NCBI GenBank assembly: GCA_040954595.2
Contig: CM082589.2
Location: forward strand, 11,358,894-11,422,893
DNA length: 64,000 nucleotides
Source of the DNA: Balanoglossus misakiensis
Taxonomy: Eukaryota; Animalia; Hemichordata
Direction of reading: 5' to 3'
The notes below the pieces were generated by a model. That model saw nothing but the letters and a program-made list of their open reading frames with translations, searched no databases and was not told where the DNA came from. Made by a program: the position numbers and the translations under genes. Shown here piece after piece: positions 10,119-22,520 of the stretch (position 1 is the first letter of the stretch; each line of letters starts with the position of its first letter).

Positions 10119-12464
10119 TGTGGGTATGTTAACCTCCCATGTCCTACATTTTTAGAAATTTAGTATACAAAACTGGATGACCGATTATGTTTTAGAGACC
10201 TTTCCCGAATCCACCTGAAGCCCAGTCGGAATGTCTTGGGATGTAACCTAAATTCAATATGGCCGCCTCCATGCGTTCACTTGCATTTGAAAATACGTTG
10301 ATTTTATCGTCGATTAGCGGTGTTTATTCTCAGTATCAATTTAAACGCGGCACTCGCTCACAAGTCATATTCTAGAAAGAAAGAAAAAATGATAGTTTCG
10401 AGTACAGATTACATGTATTTTAAAACGAGGTTTGGTAACAATGGTATCACTACTAAATGACTTACAATCGATGTTTTTAATTGTCTTTGCACCACAGTAT
10501 GAATCCGGTGATGGTAAATCGCATTCAACTTAGAAGGCATGGAGAAAGCGCAACTGATGGTAACTGGGATGCCAAACTGAAACTTTTGGGAGAGAAAACC
10601 TTGCCATGTATGGACGTGGGTGTCACAGTTAAACTTGGGTTAAATACTACAGCGACAACCGAAGTCCCGTTGAGATATGATATGTGGTAGTGCATGTCCA
10701 CATGAGTGCCGTGTACTAGCCTCTCTCTCTGTAAATCCATCCAGGCTACTGCTTTCTGTACATTGGAGAGAAATGAGAACAAGATGGTTAAATCATATTT
10801 TGTATAAGTTGGTGTTGACGAAAATAAGATGCATGTGAATTGTAGGACTGAAATGTTTCTGTAATGAATACTAAATTAAAAGTTCACAACTTGCATGCAG
10901 ATAGTAAGTGCTGGGGAAGTTGCAGGGTGGAGATTGCTTTGGTTTAGTTAACTTACTCAATCTTTGTGACTGTTGCATTTCTTGATTGATAGAGTAGTGT
11001 ACATGCATTGGCAGGTTTTCTAATATGGCCTCCTCTGTACCCAAGGTCTGGCTTAAGGTGGGACACTGTAAGTATTTGCCGTCTGACACAGAAGATGCCA
11101 CTTCTAGAAAAAAATAAAAAGGACAGAATGTGATTGGTAAGACACAGAGACGTGAACATGTACACAAAATGATAGGAAATTGGTGGAAGCAAGTACTGCA
11201 GTTAATACTTACTCATCTATGTCTATTCCCTCAAATATCCCTTCTACCATATCATCACCATTTGGTTCTTTTAACACCTTAGGGAAAAATTGAGAGTTAC
11301 ATTAGAAGCACCGACAATAGGAGGGGGGGGGGGGTAAGGTTTGCAGAGAACAGGTTTTTTTATGAACATTTGTGAAAATCAGAAATTAGTGACATGTAGG
11401 ATTTCAATTTTATGATGTACCATTGTTTTCTTTTCAACATCAGTTCTCTGAGTAAAAAGATGGCCATGTAAATTTTCTCTAAGTTTGTTAGAGAAATAAA
11501 GTACATGTACAACTTTAGTGTTTCACTAATTGAGTTTCAGTGTTCTTGTATTGTCTCCTTTGCCCCATGTCAACCTCAAAGTAAATATCAAATTTGCCAT
11601 TTTTGACTTATTTGTCCTTGTAGTGGGCCACATAGCATTTTAGTGCAACTTATGAAAATCTGAAGAACCAAATGCCTAATTTACCCACTCTGCACAGATT
11701 TATTTCAATGGTACTGACTTGATGATCGGTATAGCGCCCTCTGTGGTAGGGGGTGGGGGTTAACCTAGCCTTTATATGTTTATCCCTGTCCGGTTCCATT
11801 CCAATTGTATCTATGGTAACCTTATTATCAGCAGTAAATGCCACAATTGTAAAACAGCAATAATTTTAGTATCAAGCACTCTGTGGAATTAAATATACCC
11901 TGTGTATTCTTTGTTTCCCATTAGTAATCATGCAACTTTGCCATTTTGGGCCTTCTGATTTGCTGTATGTGCTCACTAGTCCTTCCCAACGTCTCTGAAT
12001 TAGAAGGCCATTGTCATTTGTATAGTGTAGACACATTTCATTTTAGTACAACTGATGAAAGTCTCGTGAAAAACCAAATGCTTAATTTACCCACTGTGCA
12101 AAGATTATCTGAATGATATTGTGTTGATCGTCATATAGTATAGCGCCCTCTGCGATAGTATTTGGATGATTGTGCCAGGGAGAAGGGGGTACTGAGGGAG
12201 CAGATGCAGATGACAGCAAGGCATATCCACTGAACAATGAGACGGTACGTGTTGTCAGCATTCAGGGAGAGTAAAAAGGGGAGCGCAAGAGACCAGGATG
12301 AAGAGACGAGCAGTATTGCATCATCTGTGGAAAAAAATGCCAAGAGAAGGTAAGTGTGGAAGACAAGCACTTAGGGGTTATAAACAAATGTTTTTTTGTG
12401 GACAGTTTTAGTATCAAGCATTGTGGAATTAAATATACACAGTGTGTGTTGTGTGTTAGATAGG

Positions 12465-12650
12465 TACATACATACATACATACATACATACATACATACA
12501 TACATACATACATACATACATACATACATACATACATACATACATACATACATACATACATACATGCATGCATGCATGCATGCATACATACATACATACA
12601 TACATACATACATACATACATACATACATACATACATACATACATGCATG
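12465..12650. repeat. (CATA)n/(CATG)n microsatellite at the duplication endpoint
   Basis: Directly visible; paralogous tract at ~57490-57750. Confidence 0.95.
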
Positions 12651-13903
12651 CGCCCTGTATTGACCAAATACCGTCGTGCAAGCTCATGTACAAGCTATTT
12701 CATTATGCCTGAACAAAAATTGACCAAATTCTACTGTTTATTATGATTCATTCTTCGAAACAATTCATCTTCTTGCCATATTTTATTTGTTCATATAACA
12801 CATTTTGAAGAAAAGTTGTACAAAGACTACAATATACTAATGGGCTATATTCTCAAAACAGATATATTACCACAAATACTACTAGGGATTGTGTAGTGGT
12901 TTCTTTCTCACTATAAGACATATGATATCTGATATCAACCATACAAACAATATCAATCTTCTTACACACATACATACATTCATACTTACACAAAAAGCAT
13001 AAAACACCAATTTATTTTATATAGCCTTATATTAATTTATTTCAATTGTGAAAATAGACACACATACAAAAAAGAACAGAAAAACAATCACAGTATCTGG
13101 TTTATGAAATAAAAAAGACCAAACAAGCAATTGCTTCCGAAATAACATATTCCACATTCTGTCACAAATTGAGCAAATTCCAGTAAAATCAACCCCAAGG
13201 ACCTACACACTAAATTTCAAAGTAATTGTACAAAGAATTTAACTAAACACAACTAAAATTGATCAAAAATTACACATTTCACCACAATTTACATAAACTC
13301 TACCAACTTCACCCTAGGAACCTGCATACTAAATTTCAAAGTAATTGGCCCCTTGGTTTCAGTAAAGAAAAGTGACAGACAGTGACACCACTCACCCAAT
13401 AAGACAATCACCCAATCTAATAAGCTCAACATAACTGACAACACAGCTAAACAGTTCACCGACAATATAAATACAATTGTGTACATTTCACAAATGACAA
13501 TATTAGCCTTTTAGTCACCTCTGACTCTAATGTAAAGTACATTATGGTAACTGTTCATTGAAATGTTTCTGGGAAATGTTTACTAAGGCTATTTAATATC
13601 TTCTAGTTTTTTTTATAACACATGGTTTCTCTTGCAATTCCTCTTTCAGTAAACAGGATAAACTTTCTACACCATTACACTTATATGCTACTGCCAAATG
13701 GAAGTAATCTAATCCTGTAGTAGCTATAAAGCAGCATTGTCAGGGCCCAAGCAACATGATGAAAAAAGGTGAAAGCACACGTTATAGTTACTCAAACTTT
13801 TACCAGAAAATTTTGATAGATCATATTGGTTCACGTCCAAGCAAATCAGACTTCTAACCATATTGGTTAGCTTACAATTTGATAAGTATATAAATTAAAG
13901 GGA

Positions 13904-14222
13904 CCCTTTTCCATTAATTATGTTTGATGCAAGACACCATTTATGTTAATGTACATGTGGATATATAGTGAATCAACATTCAACAACACACACTGCTTGT
14001 AGACACGAGAGTGAAAAATCTTGCCAAAATGAATAATTGGTCTTTACCATTTATTCATTTTGGGCGAGTTTTTACTGTCATATCCTACAAACGGGATGGA
14101 AGCTGTGTGTGGTCGAACGTTGATTCACTATATATCCACATTAACAGTCTCTTGTATCACACATAATTATTAAAAAAGGGCAGCAAAGAGACTTTCTGCC
14201 TTTAATAAGCTAATAAAAGTGT
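13904..14222. repeat. Two arms of a ~170-bp dispersed repeat in inverted arrangement
   Basis: Core 'ttgattcactatatatccaca...acataatta' also occurs at ~44345-44465, ~46620-46775 and inverted at ~58050-58225. Confidence 0.75.
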
Positions 14223-14278
14223 AAAATATAAAATATGCTCGACCGTAGTTCCTGTCTTCTGAATGATCTTTATTTAAA

Positions 14279-14318
14279 ACCAACGTTTCGGCAGTACACA
14301 GACTGCCTTCTTCAGGGT
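14279..14318 (-). ncRNA. Minimal type I hammerhead ribozyme-like motif in the Penelope pLTR
   Basis: Minus strand reads ACC CUGAAGA A GGCAGU CUGUGU ACUGCC GAAAC GUU GGU: CUGANGA and GAAA core, 6-bp stem II, palindromic AACGUU stem III. Confidence 0.7.
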
Positions 14319-14659
14319 ATACTAATGGAAACAAATAAAACACGATAGGAATCGGTTAAAATAGGTATGTGGTAAAAAGCAGTAAATTTCAGAAAATTAA
14401 CAAAATTGGCATTACAATAAAAGGCGTCTCTGTGTGACTAGAGGTTAAAAAAGAATGGTAATACAAAAGTTGTACATTTCATGGGAATAAAATCACTATA
14501 TATGTGTAGAATGAAGAGAGAAACCAACCTTGATACGAAGTTGCAGCGTATCGAGAAGTACAGTGATGGTGTTGGAAACTGACTCCCTAGTGTGGGGCAG
14601 AAAGATCAAATGTAGACCCCCCAGGTGAGATGAGAATAGAGGAACATGGTATGGAGGCA

Positions 14660-15430
14660 TCATCCCTCCTTACGGTTGATACCATTTGGCGATAGGGTAC
14701 CAAACTCAGTAATGAAGTAGAGTTCTTTTTGACGTCGGGTTTGTGTGTTGGGGCTAAATATTTTGCAGAGGCCACTGGCATGAAAGTGACTGAGGTTGTG
14801 ACCAGGTTGGTTAAAATGTTCTGAGACAGGGGTGGGTTTGTTATTTTTGATGGTGTAGATGTGTTCATATAGGCGTCGTTTGAATTCTCTTTTTGTTTCG
14901 CCTATATATTGTTTTAGGCATTTCTGACAGGTTATGATGTAGATAAGGTTGCGGGTAGTGCATTTGATGTTCCCAATGACTTTGTGGGTTTTGCCGGTGT
15001 GTGTACTTGTGATGGTGTCTGTTTCTGAAATAAAGGGACATTGGTTGCATTTGCCACATCGTTTGGTGTCGCCAGTAGTGCGATCGATGGGTGTGGTTTT
15101 CAGGTTTGCTCTTACAAGGATCTTCCTCATGTTGGGGGATTGTTTGTACGCTGTTATTGGTAATTCCTTAATGGCCTTGTTTATTTCTGTGTCATTGGAA
15201 ATAATGCCCCAGTGTTTGGTGAGAATGTCGGAAATTTTGGGGAGGGCAGGATTGAAGGTGACAACCAAGGGAATTCTTTGGTTGTGTCGTCTGGGGCTCG
15301 AGTGGTTGGCGTTGATGAGTTGTTTTCTGTCTAGGTTCTTAGCTTTGTTGATGTCATGGTCGATCTTATGTGGATTATAGCCTCTTGCCCTGAAATGCTC
15401 TCTCAGATCACTAGTGGCTTTGTCATATGA
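14660..15430 (-). CDS. Penelope-like GIY-YIG endonuclease ORF fragment (N-terminally truncated)
   Basis: GIY-YIG motif (LIY...YIGET) with Cys cluster. The first ~30 aa of the ORF-track translation are probably flanking DNA. Confidence 0.85.
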   Translation of the reverse strand, partial: SYDKATSDLREHFRARGYNPHKIDHDINKAKNLDRKQLINANHSSPRRHNQRIPLVVTFNPALPKISDILTKHWGIISNDTEINKAIKELPITAYKQSPNMRKILVRANLKTTPIDRTTGDTKRCGKCNQCPFISETDTITSTHTGKTHKVIGNIKCTTRNLIYIITCQKCLKQYIGETKREFKRRLYEHIYTIKNNKPTPVSEHFNQPGHNLSHFHASGLCKIFSPNTQTRRQKELYFITEFGTLSPNGINRKEG

Positions 15431-16459
15431 CATACATGTGGTCAAAAGTTCTGCAGAAGAGGTTGCAGCTGTGGCGGGGGACTGTTCAATTGGAGGAAAT
15501 ATATTTACATGGAATACAGACAATATTGAAATGGCAGCAGAAATAGTTCCTACTGAAAAGAATGCTATCTGCAGTGAGTATCACAACTTTAAAATGAAAG
15601 ATTTTGCAAATTTAAAAAAAATATTGAGTGTTTTGACATGCGTCAGTGGTCAGTAACACACAAGCTGCATGATAAGAGGGTCACGAGAAATTGTAAGCCG
15701 CAATGTATAATGGATTAACTCCATGACCTATGCGACCTACGAACTGTGACGTACAGAATTTATTTCTACGTGTAATGCGGTCTGCGGCAGTGCGCCACAG
15801 ACCGCATTGCGAGAGCAGTGAGAATTCACCACAATGCAAACTTTCTGAACGTAGGTTGATCTTCGAATGAAATATTACCTTGTCACCAGTTTTCCACATG
15901 GCTACACTGTAAAATTGGGTGACGTGTTCGTTCACAAGTGGAATAATTGTGAGTAGTAAAGCACGCGAAGTTAAGCAACGAGCACGTTTTGAAATGCGCG
16001 CAGATGATCCCAGTTTAGCAAATTCAGGCCATTGCGTGCATGCAAAAAAAATAATACTGTACCGGGGGTGAGCCTACTTTCTTTCCATACAGATACACGT
16101 ATATGTTGGTTAAGGTATGTGACAAACAGTTTTCATGTAACAGCCAGTGATGCTGACCATAAAACCAGCGCAGCTGATGCTTTCATCTACAATTTGCAAC
16201 ATGGACGTTTGTGTCTCTGCATGTGTCGTGCATGTTACTGCTGAACAAAAAAGATATGCGGGCACCACAGGCTGGTGAAAGCGGTGCTCACGTGCTCTGC
16301 AAGCTGATGTTGTCACTAAATTGGCAAAGTATTGTACACATGGAGGAGTTTCTTGAGCTGTCTGCTGTATAAATGTCGGTTGTGAGTACATTATTTTTTA
16401 TTTTATTTTAATAATTTTCAAAGCCCCTATGATTGAAGCATATTATTACGACTCATCCG

Positions 16460-16542
16460 TTCATCATTCATTCATTCATTCATTCATTCATTCATTCATT
16501 CATTCATTCATTCATTCATTCATTCATCCATTCAGTCAGTCA
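16460..16542. repeat. (TTCA)n microsatellite
   Basis: Directly visible. Confidence 0.95.
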
Positions 16543-19029
16543 CTGTACCAATTGAAGACGCCCTTGTATAGGAGAATTTAGCTATGTACTGACTGTCTTT
16601 TCATTTTTTCTTCATCCTATAGAATCTACCGACCTGGTCGCTGTCAATAACAATTCAACTCCTTAAACATCCTGTGTGTGTGAAGTCTATGAACACTGGC
16701 CATGCATTTCAATTCAAGGACAAAATGAATGCGCAATATTTCGTTTTATCGAGAGTAATGTGCAGTGATTAAATTTGCTAGGGCTCTCTTAGCAGATTTG
16801 GAGTTAGTCATTTTGGTAGAAACTTTTCGAGATGGGAAATCTTTGGTCATCTAACCAAGTTATTTGTATTTTTGTTATATAAGACAGAGTCATTTCTATA
16901 TCATAGATGCAAGTTTAATTTATAACATGAATTTGAATAAAATATTTTTTTTTAAATATCACCACATGAATTTGAATAAAATATTTTTTTTTAAATATCA
17001 CCAGATTGAAATCTTTGGAAGTTTGCACCTAGAGGGATGGCATGGCAGTTTTCCACTGTTCATATTACAAAGAATTTGGCGTCACGTGTAGATTTCATGA
17101 GTGTTCGAGTTTTGCACTTCCCAGCCTCGTACCCACAATCCTCTGATACTTACACTTACGTCAGTTCTATAGCCGCTGACCCACTAGATTCTCCTTATGA
17201 ATTGCCCAAATTATTTTTTGGTATAGTTTTGATAGTTAGTGCACGGAAACTTTTGATCGATTCACGAAATTCAAAATATGTTACATCACAAACCTCATAA
17301 AATGGAGGCTAGAGTAGCCTGTTTGTTTTCAGGTAATTTTACAATTACCTCAATTACCTTTTTTCGAGGGAGGGGGTTAAGAAAACATACAGATTGAAAT
17401 AACAAGGAAGTGGTATATCAAACCGAAACCTTATCTCAATCGTGATTCTAGAGTGTTTCCATGTCATGTGACATCCACAAAAATGTGGTATTATCTTGAA
17501 AAGAGTCCCGATTTCCCAAACTGGTTTTGCGAATGTACTTCACTTTGGAGCAATGCATGAGTACATTCGTAGAAAGATATTGCTCCACTATTTACTGACA
17601 CTCCTCTTGTACTGCAAATATTACTGCATTCTGTCAGGGCAAGACAAAAGACACAGCAGAACTGCCAGAATTAAAACAGACAACTGGCAATTTCAATAAA
17701 CATGTAATAACAAATATATGTAACATTGAATGAGGTGTCCATACAGCTTGGTCATTTAAAGACCTCCAGTCATTGTGACAATGCATAAATATTTATGTAC
17801 ACCATGTTAAAAATTAGTTCAGGCATACCTTATACATGTATGTTTTTGACTGACCATATCCTCAGCGCGCCCTTTTTTTCAAAAAGACTATCATTATTCT
17901 CTGCCAGGCAGAGAGTTGCCGCTTTCTTGTTAACAATAATATACTATTATAACATTGCATAGATTCCTGTTTGTTTCTGTCCATATCTCACAAACTGTGG
18001 TGTGCATACTGTTGAAATGACCTCAAGAAGAAAATGCCAAATGGAAAAATATTTGACATACTAACCTGTATGATAATGTTATACGGTACAATATATTTAA
18101 CGGTTCCAATCCAATGTTGAGAACTAACAAAACAATTTGAGCAGAATTATTTAAAATTAATTGCAGTTCCGTTTCACCGCATTTCATAGGATGCTGGCTA
18201 AAATTCATACTATGGTGGATTACCTGTTATGCATTTCTTTCCCTATTTCGTCTGGCAGATTTGAGTTTGACAAGCTGTCATTTTCCTTTCAGCTCCGCAA
18301 AATTGATGGATTTACTTTGACAGCACACAGACTGTCCATTTGTCATCGAAGATACAAGCAGCATCAGGTGCTGAACAGCTTGCAGCAGTGTTGGAAAAGA
18401 GTACACAACACTAACTTGCAAGAGTGCTTTGGCCCTTTCTTCACACTGTCCGAAACTTGTTGTGTTACATCATTGCTTAATGAATAAGAAATACACAGGT
18501 ATTTAGCGTTCTATTCAATACCTACAATAGATAAAAGGGTGTCGGTCTGTATGCGACAATCTTCAATGTTCTTATGAGCACAAGGCTTTATTCAGGGAAC
18601 GTTTTACAGTAAGAATTATATGATATAAACTGAATAAGTTTGTTGTCTGTCAACTCTTCTGTCTTTGTCTTACCGATACGGTTCTAACCGCGAACACTGA
18701 GGCTTCTCTGCTCGTACACAGTATAAATCAATGGATGATAAAATGCGCCCTCTTTTGGTGAACTCTTCCTACCGCCCGACCTTCTACCGTACATTAAGGC
18801 ATGTAGGGCGGTCAGGTAGATGGCAGTGTATTGCAAGCGTCTCTTGCATATTTTTTTCCGCCAGGAATGGCATACATTCGTTTTTGGCGACACCACACCT
18901 GCTGGAACTTCTCGAAAAATTGAGAGCCGGATTTCATAAATGCTCATGTTTTCCGAAGGGCTGAAAGAAGATCCAGAGTGGAATATTTAAATTTGCCTGT
19001 GGCAGACATCATAGTGGCTGCCAGTTATT

Positions 19030-19195
19030 CTATTTCTTGTGCAAGAGATAGTATCTTGTTCCAGCGAGATGTTTTCTCGTGTGCACGAGAAACATGCTAT
19101 CTCGTGCATATCTCGTGCGCACGAGAAAATTGCGAGCGCACTCGTGTTCACGAGAAAATATCACATGCACACGTAAGTCGTGCGCACGAGATAAA
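19030..19195. repeat. Cluster of palindromic TCTCGTGCGCACGAGA-type subrepeats (MITE-like)
   Basis: About six degenerate ctcgtg(c/t)gcacgaga motifs in ~165 bp. Confidence 0.6.
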
Positions 19196-19599
19196 AAAAT
19201 GTGCCCTGTAGTCTTTCTTAGGACATGGTAGCGTGACGTCGCATTGTAATTAACGGACGATCTTGGAAATTCGGCTATTAATGGTGAATGGACTTTCGCC
19301 TCCTTCGAACAACAACAGAGACTGACGTCGCAACAATGACAGAAAAAGTGAAGCAAATGGCCGACAAAACGAAGAGAATCGGAAAACGGGCAGGATCCTC
19401 GGCACAGACATCTGGGAATAATACCACCACATCAAATAGAACGACGAGTAGTGCAGGACAAACCGCCACCAGTGACTATGACAACAAGTCTGAAGGCGAT
19501 GCTGGCGAACCCTTGCACAATACAACTACAGTCCTACAGAGAAATGCAGCCCAGCGCCACTCAAGATTTTCCATTCCTGGTCTGGCAGCAGCCAAAATA

Positions 19600-19990
19600 T
19601 GTTGTTGTTTTTTCTCTTAGAAGCGACCTCAGTCTGAGCTGCATGAGAATAAACTGTAGGTTGGGAATACAACAAAAAAACACGCAGGCTGCGGTCAACA
19701 CGTAGCTATTAGTTTCGGTTTTATGTTCGCTACAGCTCGGAAACCAAAATGTGGTACAACTTCAAGCTACATAAACTGGAAAGCATAGTACGTGCAGAGC
19801 AGACCATGGTGACGAAAGCAGGTATTCTAGGTCGTAAGATAAAAACACGGCGCTAGAAAAACAGTCATCAAAAGTTGCACGTGTTCCCCGGCCACAAATA
19901 ATGTAATTGTTGGCGCACAGAAAGTCCAGTCGATAAACGTTTACGCTATAGAAACTCACTCTCTCAGCAAAAGTCTGACACCCTCGTCAA
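19600..19990 (+). pseudogene. Decayed Crypton-type tyrosine recombinase, C-terminal half
   Basis: Across frameshifts it reads FYVRYSSETKMWY..KLESIV..MVTKAGILGRK/HGARKTVIK/VPRPQIM*L/KVQSINVYA, colinear with the catalytic region of the 474-aa ORF. Confidence 0.7.
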
Positions 19991-22410
19991 TGACAAAACG
20001 CAAACCGAGCTGGGTATGATCAAGTCAAACATAGGGCCAATCCCCACTCTGTGTTTTATTATTTTCCACATACGATGGTTCTAAATAAAAATGTACCTAT
20101 TTGAAATGCTTACCGAGGTAAGATCATTGAAAGTTTTCAAACGTTGATGACAAATGTATAACTGATTTTTTACAAATGAATAATCGCGCACTTGCATGTT
20201 ATTTTCTCTATACCAGACACCGCGCGCGCGCCGTTGGCAAAAAAAAAAACGCGGAAAATTATTGAGCATGCGCAGTCGATACTTCACATTGTAAACAAGA
20301 TGGCGTCGCTGCCTATGCTTCTGGACCGCTGTCGCCTGACTATGTCGGCAAAGAAGAGACGAATTTAACCATGCAACGCCATATCGGAAGACAGAATGAT
20401 CGCGAGATGAAACCGGGCTATCCAACGATTAGGCAGCCATGTTGACTGATTGGTATGTCGCCGAAGTAATTATTTGCCATTGATTTGTTTACCAGAAACG
20501 GTTTGCCTTTGGAACACATTTGGCCTCACCGAAATTGATTTCAGAGGTTTTTTCCCAAAAACTAATGACGTTCGTTTTCACCTGAGTGCGAGGATGGATT
20601 GAAGGGACACAAGCTTTTGTAGCCACCAATATTTTGACACTCTTTATATCAATGTTGAGCTGGCATATTTGCTCCAATATGATGTAGTGTACCTGTTGCA
20701 TTGAAATGAAGCTGTAATAATATTACAGTGCAATCTAGTCCTTTGGGTTAATAGGAAAACGAGGTCAATAAATGACAGGTTTATTTAAATACAGGATATA
20801 TTTATCACAAGCACTTATGCATATGTATGAGATACTTCTTTATTTTTAATTTATTTTTTATTTTTTATTTATTTTGTACGTTCAGGTAATCATATGGATT
20901 TGTATGGAATCACATACACATTAATTGAAGACTATCATATCACAGAAGTCGAGCCGCCAGATGTGTAAGGTAACCATTTAGGTTTCATGACTAAGTTTGT
21001 TTAAGAATTCATAAAGCTACCCAATGAATGAATTTCCTTAAAATTTCACAAATGTGACAGAGTTTGCAGTTGTGCAAGAAAGTGTGTATTATTCACATAA
21101 GAATTTTTTCGTATGCATTTTTCTGATGGCAATGCATTTGACTGTAAACAAATATGGATGTCAGTTAGTAGTGCTATTTTGTCAGTGAAATGGCTTCATC
21201 ATCATCCCTCCAACCAAAGTTGAAACAGAGTTGCAAATATTGCACAGCTTGAAATCATAAAATGTTGCAAAATTGAACCAACCCTTTGGTCAACGATTAT
21301 GTTCTTACAGCTATTATTAGAACCAGACAGTCTCAGGGAACAAGAGACATGGGCCTGATTTGCAAGTTGAGTTAGAACTGCCTTTGCCTGCCCACGGACG
21401 CCCCAATTTCAGCAAAAATTATTGCATTAAAATATGAGTATGGAGAACTATGCTCTGTGTTTCTTTTGTTAGCTTACATAGCTGTTGTCATTCTAGTTTT
21501 TCCTCCGTCCTGTGAGCAGAGTTTCAGTTGCGAAAACCGACAGTTATCAAAGTACAAAAGTACACCTAAATTGCCTCGGTGATGAGCATGCAGAATTTAT
21601 CTGATGCTTCTTACTGGCAGAAGGACCCCACCAGTTGCAGATTGTGAATTCCATGGCACAAGGGAATTTACGCTTTGCGTTCAAATATAAATAATTAAAT
21701 CCTGTAAAATTATTCTATATGTTATTTATTGATGATTCAAAAGTGTTATGACTGATTGTGTTAGAGTACCTGTATTCCATATAAGCATGCTGTCAGTGCA
21801 CATCCGATTGATAACAATTTCACATTTTTAAAAATTTGCTTCTCTGAATAATTATGAATACATAAAACTTCATATGATATAAATTGTCCTGATATCGTAA
21901 ACATTAAACCCCGATGCGTGGTATAAAAGACCCCCCAAATCAGTGGCGAATCTTAATGCCGTTTGACTGACAACAGACAACACCAACGATCTTGGCTCTA
22001 ACGATCTTGGCTCTATGAAAATCGGCCCAAACATATCCAAGCATAAAGAATTACACCACACAACGACAGTGGTTGGCTTTATAAACACACACAACATAAA
22101 GTTATCGATGAAAAAGTACACGAGCTTTTGAAACAACGATGATTTTGGGAGAAATCTGGTTTCAGTGCTTTTCAGAAGCATCCCTGGGAAACAATAACCA
22201 CGCCATTCAAACAGCTGTCAATCGCATAGAGGTGTAAAGTGTTCAATTATTTTCTATGTACATGAGATCAATTACACAGTTATTATGCACGACGACCACT
22301 CCCAAATAAACAACTGTACAAACACACGTTAATCCGAACCCCAGTACTTTCCGCACCGGGGTTTAAGGCCTAATGCTAGTGTCATAACATTGATTACCAG
22401 ACCGTTTCCC

Positions 22411-22520
22411 TATGTATGTATGTATGTATGTATGTATGTATGTATGTATGTATGTATGTATGTATGTATGCAGCCATGTATGCATGTGTTTGTGTGTGTG
22501 TGTACATGTGTGTATGCATG
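22411..22520. repeat. (TATG)n/(TG)n microsatellite
   Basis: Directly visible. Confidence 0.95.

Larger units (their letters stand above)
1..12650. repeat. Segmental duplication (or uncollapsed haplotype), copy 1; matches 47644-~57750
   Basis: Near-identical sequence and ORF track at offsets 47643, 47651, then about 45000 after the Crypton insertion. Similarity ends inside the (CATA)n tract. Confidence 0.97.
14240..15430 (-). mobile_element. 5'-truncated Penelope-like retroelement (RT C-terminal linker, GIY-YIG endonuclease, 3' pLTR)
   Basis: ORF 14660-15523 reads 'FRARGY..RIPLVVTFNP..CGKCNQC..NLIYIITCQKCLKQYIGETKR..RLYEH..PNGIN'. Hammerhead-like core and AATAAA lie downstream. Confidence 0.92.

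Noticed and set aside
12262-12746. MYVC/YIHT repeat ORFs (also at 22.4 kb and 57.4-57.9 kb)
   Set aside because: Translations of (CATA)n tracts.
15500-16400. Coding-like composition suggesting a decayed gene (similar stretches at 18.2-19.0 kb and 38.9-39.3 kb)
   Set aside because: Frames are broken and I could not recognise a convincing protein motif; blastx is needed.
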